Positions 58,530-64,000 of a DNA stretch of 64,000 nt are shown piece after piece. The DNA is from a virus. Taxonomy: Duplodnaviria > Caudoviricetes. Below the pieces are notes generated by a model. That model saw only the letters and a list, made by a program, of their open reading frames with translations. It did no database searches and was not told the DNA's origin. The position numbers and the translations under genes were made by a program. Numbering within the stretch: the first letter of the stretch is position 1; each line of letters begins with the position of its first letter. The stretch lies in IMG/VR virus record IMGVR_UViG_2852501635_000002, positions 9,493 through 73,492 of that record. One strand, given 5' to 3'.

Positions 58530-58810
58530 GCCAACCCAAATCAAATAAACTTTAATGATTTTCAGGCGCGCTAGCAATAAGTTTTCGGACACGTTAGAAA
58601 GGTTGTAAATAGAGGCTGATAGCGACAAATATAGACATTAAATCCTAACAAATCCTAACGTTTTTCTAATACCTAGATCCTAAGTTTTCTTAAGGTAAAT
58701 TGCGCATTCAATGCTAAGATTTGCTAAGGTTTTACTATCCACTTAGTATTATGATTAGATAGCTGATAACTTCAGTATATGTTGGGAGTAGCTGTAATGA
58801 TAAAACTAAT

Positions 58811-59482
58811 TTGAGAATAGAAATGCTAATAAATAAATTAAAAAATAAAAATGAGTCACCAGAAGACATTATAGAGAATTTGATATATGCCTATCAAAAC
58901 TCAAGAGAAACATATGTTGAAAACAAGAGAGTGTTTCGTGGGCGTAGTCATTCTGTCTCGGGTATTTTTGAAGATCTATTTGCTGATTATTTATCAAAAA
59001 ATTTACCTGATAGTAATCAATATTTCGTAGACCAGCAGTTGTTTTCATCAGCAGCAAATATACGATTTTTCCCAGATATATTAATTATGAATGATAAAAT
59101 AAATCGCGATATCATAGACTTAAAGCTTGATTTTGGATGGTCTAGAAATGATGTTTTTTCATTTTGTGATACGTGGAATAAAAAAATAGATAAGTTAAAA
59201 GGAACGAGTTTCACTTTCAATGATGGGATAACTAAAGAAAAAAAGAATGGTTTTTTTTCTGATAATTTAAAATATCATGTAGTAGTTTCGACAAAATTAA
59301 ATAATGGAAGTAATTTTATTGAAATAAAAGATAAAGTGACAAAAAATTTGGAGCATGTTGAGTTATATATACTCACTGACAAGGTACATCCGAATGATTA
59401 CAATAGCACTGCCGAAGAACGGGTAAAAAATATACATATATGCATGAGTGAATTTTCAAGGTTAATGAATAATTTATCATAA
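58811..59482 (+). CDS. Hypothetical protein, possible PD-(D/E)xK nuclease
   Basis: FEDLFA...FPDILI...IIDLKLD; very AT-rich. Confidence 0.55.
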   Translation: MRIEMLINKLKNKNESPEDIIENLIYAYQNSRETYVENKRVFRGRSHSVSGIFEDLFADYLSKNLPDSNQYFVDQQLFSSAANIRFFPDILIMNDKINRDIIDLKLDFGWSRNDVFSFCDTWNKKIDKLKGTSFTFNDGITKEKKNGFFSDNLKYHVVVSTKLNNGSNFIEIKDKVTKNLEHVELYILTDKVHPNDYNSTAEERVKNIHICMSEFSRLMNNLS

Positions 59483-59594
59483 TAATATAATTCTTTTAGT
59501 TCTTAACGGACAAAAATATAGTTTAAATTGTCCGTTATTATAGATAGCAAAATTCGGTGATAACAAATTTTATACGTTAAAATCAATAGTTGCT

Positions 59595-60023
59595 TTAGTC
59601 CTGCAAATAATTCAATTTATTTACTATATTCTTGTGACGCCTCCATGCAGAATAGATATCTTTATCCCACGCTTTACCTGCCTTAGTTTGATAGCCTGCC
59701 TCATTAATCCGTTTAGCAATAATGCGCCCATTGGCTACACCCTCAGACAGTACAGAATTAACCACAGAAATGACAGCAGACTCATTATAGGTATAAGGTG
59801 GGATATCTGCCTTGCCAGCAATTAAAGATGCGAAAGACGATTCTAGGCGTTCCACCAGCGACAGTATGCGAGCGTCAGGATTACTGTCTGGGCGGTTTAG
59901 CTTCTCCTTGATAGCAGAGACTATCCATGCTGTTTTATCGCTACCAGAGTTCGATGCAGCATCATTAAACAGGGTTTGTAGTTCAGCAGGGAGACGAAAG
60001 GCAATAAGATTAGATTTACTTAT
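59595..60023 (-). CDS. RHH-like protein with recombinase-type DNA-binding tail; apparent start codon is ATA
   Basis: Open frame from ATA 60023: SKSNLIAFRLPAELQ...IAKRINEAGYQTKAGKAW. Confidence 0.55.
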   Translation of the reverse strand: MSKSNLIAFRLPAELQTLFNDAASNSGSDKTAWIVSAIKEKLNRPDSNPDARILSLVERLESSFASLIAGKADIPPYTYNESAVISVVNSVLSEGVANGRIIAKRINEAGYQTKAGKAWDKDIYSAWRRHKNIVNKLNYLQD

Positions 60024-60833
60024 GATAATAGTCCGTTATTAACTCAGTGAGCGCTTATTATATCAGCGTATAACACTGTTATACAGATTAGAAAATATAT
60101 CATTGCTAGTGGATTTAATGAATAAGTCCATAACTTAAAGTTAGAGTAACCTACTGTAAAACAAGCAAAGCGTATTCTTGCGCCTTGTAACGGATTGAAT
60201 ACATAGCAAAGCTCAAAAATGAGTGCTGTACTGTGGTGATTATCGCCATAGTCGGAAAGGGTAACAGTTGAAATGCTACCCTTGGTATCAAAACCACAAA
60301 TTAGTGATTTTAGCTAAAGTAGCTAAATATTAGCCAATACAGCTAACCACATAAACATAGTGGTACTATGATGATCCGTTGACTTTCAAACGTGAGGTAT
60401 CCACTAAGGTATCCACCGAAAAGGCTATATTTTACTGGATACTTTACCCACTAAATGTTGACAATTGTTAACATCAGAACCAGACAAAACCTGACATCAT
60501 TTACTTATTTTAGGTACGCAATAAATACGTATTTAATTCTCGCAATTCACTATAATTAAATAAAATCATGGTATTACATAAAGGTATGCAGAATAGTGCG
60601 CATTGAAATGATATTATTCGCATCGGTAACTATTTGATTATCCCGAGGCCGTCACTTTGGGGCGTACTGAAATAGCGTATTTCAATCTGCTAACGTGGTT
60701 GCCATTTTGATGGTTGCCACTTTGGTTGCCAGCAAAACGGCATATTTTACGCTAGTGGATTGATAACCTTTGATTGTTCCAATTCAGCACAATCAAGGTA
60801 TGGCGGAAATAACCACTCCTTTGAGGTATAGCC

Positions 60834-61022
60834 ATGTTACAACGAGAAACAATAGAAGCCGTTATGATGGAGTTAGCCCACCAGCAAGGGCATTCACTCA
60901 ATGGGCGTGATCGATTAGCGATTAGAACAGGTGTAGCACAGACAATGCAGGCTAAAGAACGTCACAGACGAAGAATGACAGCACCTACCTACCAATGGAC
61001 GAAGCCAGCACCAAAAAGATAA
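60834..61022 (+). CDS. Small hypothetical protein inside the site array
   Basis: RBS GAGGT, 62 aa. Confidence 0.6.
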   Translation: MLQRETIEAVMMELAHQQGHSLNGRDRLAIRTGVAQTMQAKERHRRRMTAPTYQWTKPAPKR

Positions 61023-61547
61023 TAGGTCGCCTTGAAATTAAGGGGACGTGAGGCTCTGAAATCGGAGGCTCGTCACTGGCTGGCAATATTCCAATAATGG
61101 CTACGAGGTAAAAGTAACCACAATGCAAATAAGCACTCTGGATAAATATCAATAAGTTATCTATGCTGAGAGATAAGATTACAACAAAGAGCGACGGCAA
61201 GATTACGGCAAGGTATTAACAATCAGGTTTCAGTCGGTCAATTTGACCGTTAGCAATAAAAACAATGTGTTGCCAACTCTTACCATTGGTCACTGAAACG
61301 ATGACCAATGAGCGTTAATCTGGTTTTGTTACAGAATTAAGTATTATCAATCAGTTGTATTTTGATTCCGTCGATTTACCGGAATTAAGTATAATCAACA
61401 GGTTATATCTACATACGGGATAATCCCGTATCATCATGGATAAATTAACGTTTAGATCACCCCTAGAAATTGGAATTATTACCTATACAACCTGAATCCT
61501 ACCAGTGTTTTATTTTAACCAATAGCTTATATTGTGATGGTATCAAG

Positions 61548-61835
61548 ATGAATAAACCAAAAATGAGAAAAGCAAAATCAATCAGGATCACCACATCAGG
61601 AACGGTAATCAAAGCACCTGAGCGAGTTAAAACAGCCACAGGTAAAGTTATGGCCACAATGACTATTCAGGCTGAGAGTGACAAGCGTAGCCCGTACCCA
61701 TTAAAGATAGTGGCATTCGATATTAACGCGCTGGAGCTAATGACCTGCCAGAAAGGAAACAAAGTAACTGCTACAGGTCGCTATGAATGGTTTAATGGTT
61801 ATCAGCTAACAGGGGCGCAGATAGTTGCTGGTTAG
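61548..61835 (+). CDS. OB-fold ssDNA-binding-like protein
   Basis: SGTVIKAPE, IVAF..AL, KGNKVTATGR. Confidence 0.6.
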   Translation: MNKPKMRKAKSIRITTSGTVIKAPERVKTATGKVMATMTIQAESDKRSPYPLKIVAFDINALELMTCQKGNKVTATGRYEWFNGYQLTGAQIVAG

Positions 61836-62146
61836 TAAAACTTAGTATCAATAGTTACATTAGGCTACTGGCCTACTTATACGCTTGACGTTAATGTTAT
61901 ATAAATTAATTTCTATAAGTCCGAATTGAGCATGGTTAAATGTACGCTAAAGTTAGTTGTATCAAAACTTACATGATGAATGAGATAAAAATATCCAGCA
62001 ACTATAGGTAACTATATAAGATGTTTTTGTTGGTCTAATGGCATATTTTCTCTGTATTTATTCGCTTCTGGCATTTTAGCCTTATAGGTTAGATTCAATG
62101 TGGGTCGATAGACTTGCTTGGATAACAACCTAAGAGAAAGCTTAAA

Positions 62147-62332
62147 ATGAATGATACAGATTTAATACTAGAAACTGATGTTTACAAATGGTTAGGACTG
62201 AAGCGTACGGCATTATGGCGACTAAAAAAGAAGCATGAATTTCCTCTCCCTGTTTTATACCGACCAGCAAAATATCGTAAATCATTAATTCAAAAGTGGC
62301 TTGATGATGGCGGGGTGAATAGAAAAAAATGA
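62147..62332 (+). CDS. AlpA/excisionase-like HTH protein
   Basis: VYKWLGLKRTALWRLKK..EFPLP...KW. Confidence 0.75.
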   Translation: MNDTDLILETDVYKWLGLKRTALWRLKKKHEFPLPVLYRPAKYRKSLIQKWLDDGGVNRKK

Positions 62333-62423
62333 ACACAGATTGAATCATACTCTCAGAATTTATAATTTAGTTGAGCTACCCTGAAAAATTCGAGGTAGTT
62401 CTCACTAATCAAAGAGGATGGTT

Positions 62424-62722
62424 ATGGAAGATGATTCACTTTTCATGGTAAAGGAATATGCAGCACTGCTTAAGCTTCTGAGTCGACTGTTTATAGAAAC
62501 CCAGCTAAGTATCATATGTTCCGTGTTGGCAGGTCATGGCGCGCCAGTAAAGAAAGCTTGAAACGATTTGAACAAGCTCAATTTGATAACAATCGCGATT
62601 ACCCAGCTGTCTTAACCCATAAAAGACAAAAAAAGGCTGATTATAAGAATAAATATGAGATTAGGATGCAAAGTGATGTGGCAAAAGAATTAGATAGGCT
62701 GTTATTTAAAGATACTAAATAA
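62424..62722 (+). pseudogene. Excisionase-like HTH gene with 1-nt frameshift near 62472
   Basis: MEDDSLFMVKEYAALLK joins ASESTVYRNPAKYHMFRVGRSWR in another frame. Confidence 0.6.
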
Positions 62723-62887
62723 AAATCAATTCCACGGGCAGCTGGTTAAATAACCATGTAACGATACTTAAGTTATATCGTTATGATGGAATATTAAGTA
62801 TACATAATAATAAAGTTGTATTTTATAGTTTTTGTAATCAATAGATAAAGATTAAACAGACTAGGGAATATTTTATGTAACCAAGTA

Positions 62888-64000
62888 ATGGAGATTAAAA
62901 TGAGTATAGTTTATGTGCCATGCATAAAAAACGGGATGAATGATATAAAGGCTTTATTAAATTTAAAGGAAGAGTCATCAGGTTATGTCATGCCTCTAGT
63001 GTTAACAGCAGGAACGCCTTATGGAGGGAATGGTGTAGATTTAAAAAAAGACTACTTACTAGATGAGTTTATACATAATTGGGATAAGCCATTCATTGTA
63101 GATGCCTCTAGGGCTGATTCAGATAGTGAGTCACTTTATAATTCCTACCACAACCTGACATCACAGCACGACAATTTTTCGGGTAAAATCACTTACTATT
63201 CAAGTATATATTCAATAAATAAAAAATTAATTCCAGCTATAAGTTGGCAGCTAAATGATGATATGAGAAATATTGTTCAACTCTCTCTGTATTTAGAGCA
63301 GCAATATGAAAAAATAGCAATAATCATTGATCCTAATAATAGTGAGAATTTAAATAGATTAGATACGTTGCTTTGTTTGTTTAAAGATAACTCAAGAATT
63401 ATTGTATTGCTTAATTATAATTCTATATATAACAAAGAATTACCTCAAGAGCATAAAGTTTTACCAGTGATTAGTAAATTAACCTCGCGTGGAGTGGGGA
63501 GTATAGTATTACTAAGTTCTTCATTCCCTCCAGTAAAACCTGCAATAAAAGATACATGGATACAGTCAGAGAACACTGATCTACTGTGGCAACTAACAAT
63601 GATGAATAAGTCACCCAGAGATAGCGTTATCTTATATGGTGATTATTCAGCCACATCACCTAATTCAGCAACAGAATATATACAAGGGATGCAAATAATT
63701 CCAAGTGTGACTTATTTTAGAGGCGGTATTTGGTATCAAATAAAATCAGGTGTAGACAAAGAATTTTCAAAATATAAAGACATAGCAAACGAACTAATCA
63801 GATTGGATTTCTTTCATGGCTCAACATTTTGTTGGGGTGCTGAAAATATTTATGATATTGCAACCAATAGAGACAGGAAAGGAGGCACCCCAGGAACATG
63901 GAATGGGTATAAAATTAATGTTCATGTAGAGGAAACGATCAGAATTTTAAAAGACTATTACAGTACTCCACTTGAAAATTACGATGAAGATAGTGAATAG
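62888..64000 (+). CDS. Beta-family protein (T4 beta-like)
   Basis: YVPCIK...AL, SSSFP, YGDY, W...H pattern. Confidence 0.7.
   Translation: MEIKMSIVYVPCIKNGMNDIKALLNLKEESSGYVMPLVLTAGTPYGGNGVDLKKDYLLDEFIHNWDKPFIVDASRADSDSESLYNSYHNLTSQHDNFSGKITYYSSIYSINKKLIPAISWQLNDDMRNIVQLSLYLEQQYEKIAIIIDPNNSENLNRLDTLLCLFKDNSRIIVLLNYNSIYNKELPQEHKVLPVISKLTSRGVGSIVLLSSSFPPVKPAIKDTWIQSENTDLLWQLTMMNKSPRDSVILYGDYSATSPNSATEYIQGMQIIPSVTYFRGGIWYQIKSGVDKEFSKYKDIANELIRLDFFHGSTFCWGAENIYDIATNRDRKGGTPGTWNGYKINVHVEETIRILKDYYSTPLENYDEDSE

Larger units (their letters stand above)
40774..64000. mobile_element. PICI/P4-like phage satellite (right end not seen)
   Basis: int-alpA-ant-ash-icd-primase-ori order, then tail and defence cargo; no capsid or terminase seen. 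Confidence 0.88.

Noticed and set aside
4533-59220. Numerous antisense and nested ORFs in the ORF track
   Set aside because: They overlap well-supported genes on the other strand or frame and show no motifs
60660-60667. GGGCGTAC as satellite attR
   Set aside because: Only 8 bp match the tRNA 3' end and satellite-like genes continue beyond it
60127-61431. CRISPR-like or integron cassette array
   Set aside because: No constant repeat or attC structure separates the units; reported as a site library instead

Overview
AT-rich enterobacterial DNA (Proteus/Morganellaceae-like by inference) with two tandem elements. (1) Positions 1-40818 are the right ~41 kb of a lambdoid siphovirus prophage: HK022-type put RNAs, cI/cro/cII, O/P, nin region, Q, lysis genes, Sf6-type TerS with PBSX-type TerL, head, tail, an arc/mnt/ant immI module and an SGNH tailspike. 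It ends at a duplicated 3' half of tRNA-Arg(UCU). (2) From ~40.8 kb to the window end is a PICI/P4-like satellite (integrase, alpA, ash/c4 RNA/icd, primase, 13 iterons) with no visible capsid or terminase gene but its own tape-measure protein, a gp10-like tail gene and an Abi_2/AbiF HEPN gene. The most unusual signal is non-coding: the satellite appears to hold libraries of short helper-phage recognition sites. These are about 9 boxA+hairpin (nut-like) units behind a LexA box, a 20-bp exact copy of a segment of the neighbouring terS (probable pac site), about 10 further fragments that read as pieces of other terS families, and many palindromes of the kind found inside Rha/KilA-N/BRO/ORF6N/Ant genes. 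The structured 67-nt element in front of the Abi gene has a near-identical orphan copy in the prophage late region. All family calls are from motif recognition by eye; no database search was run.
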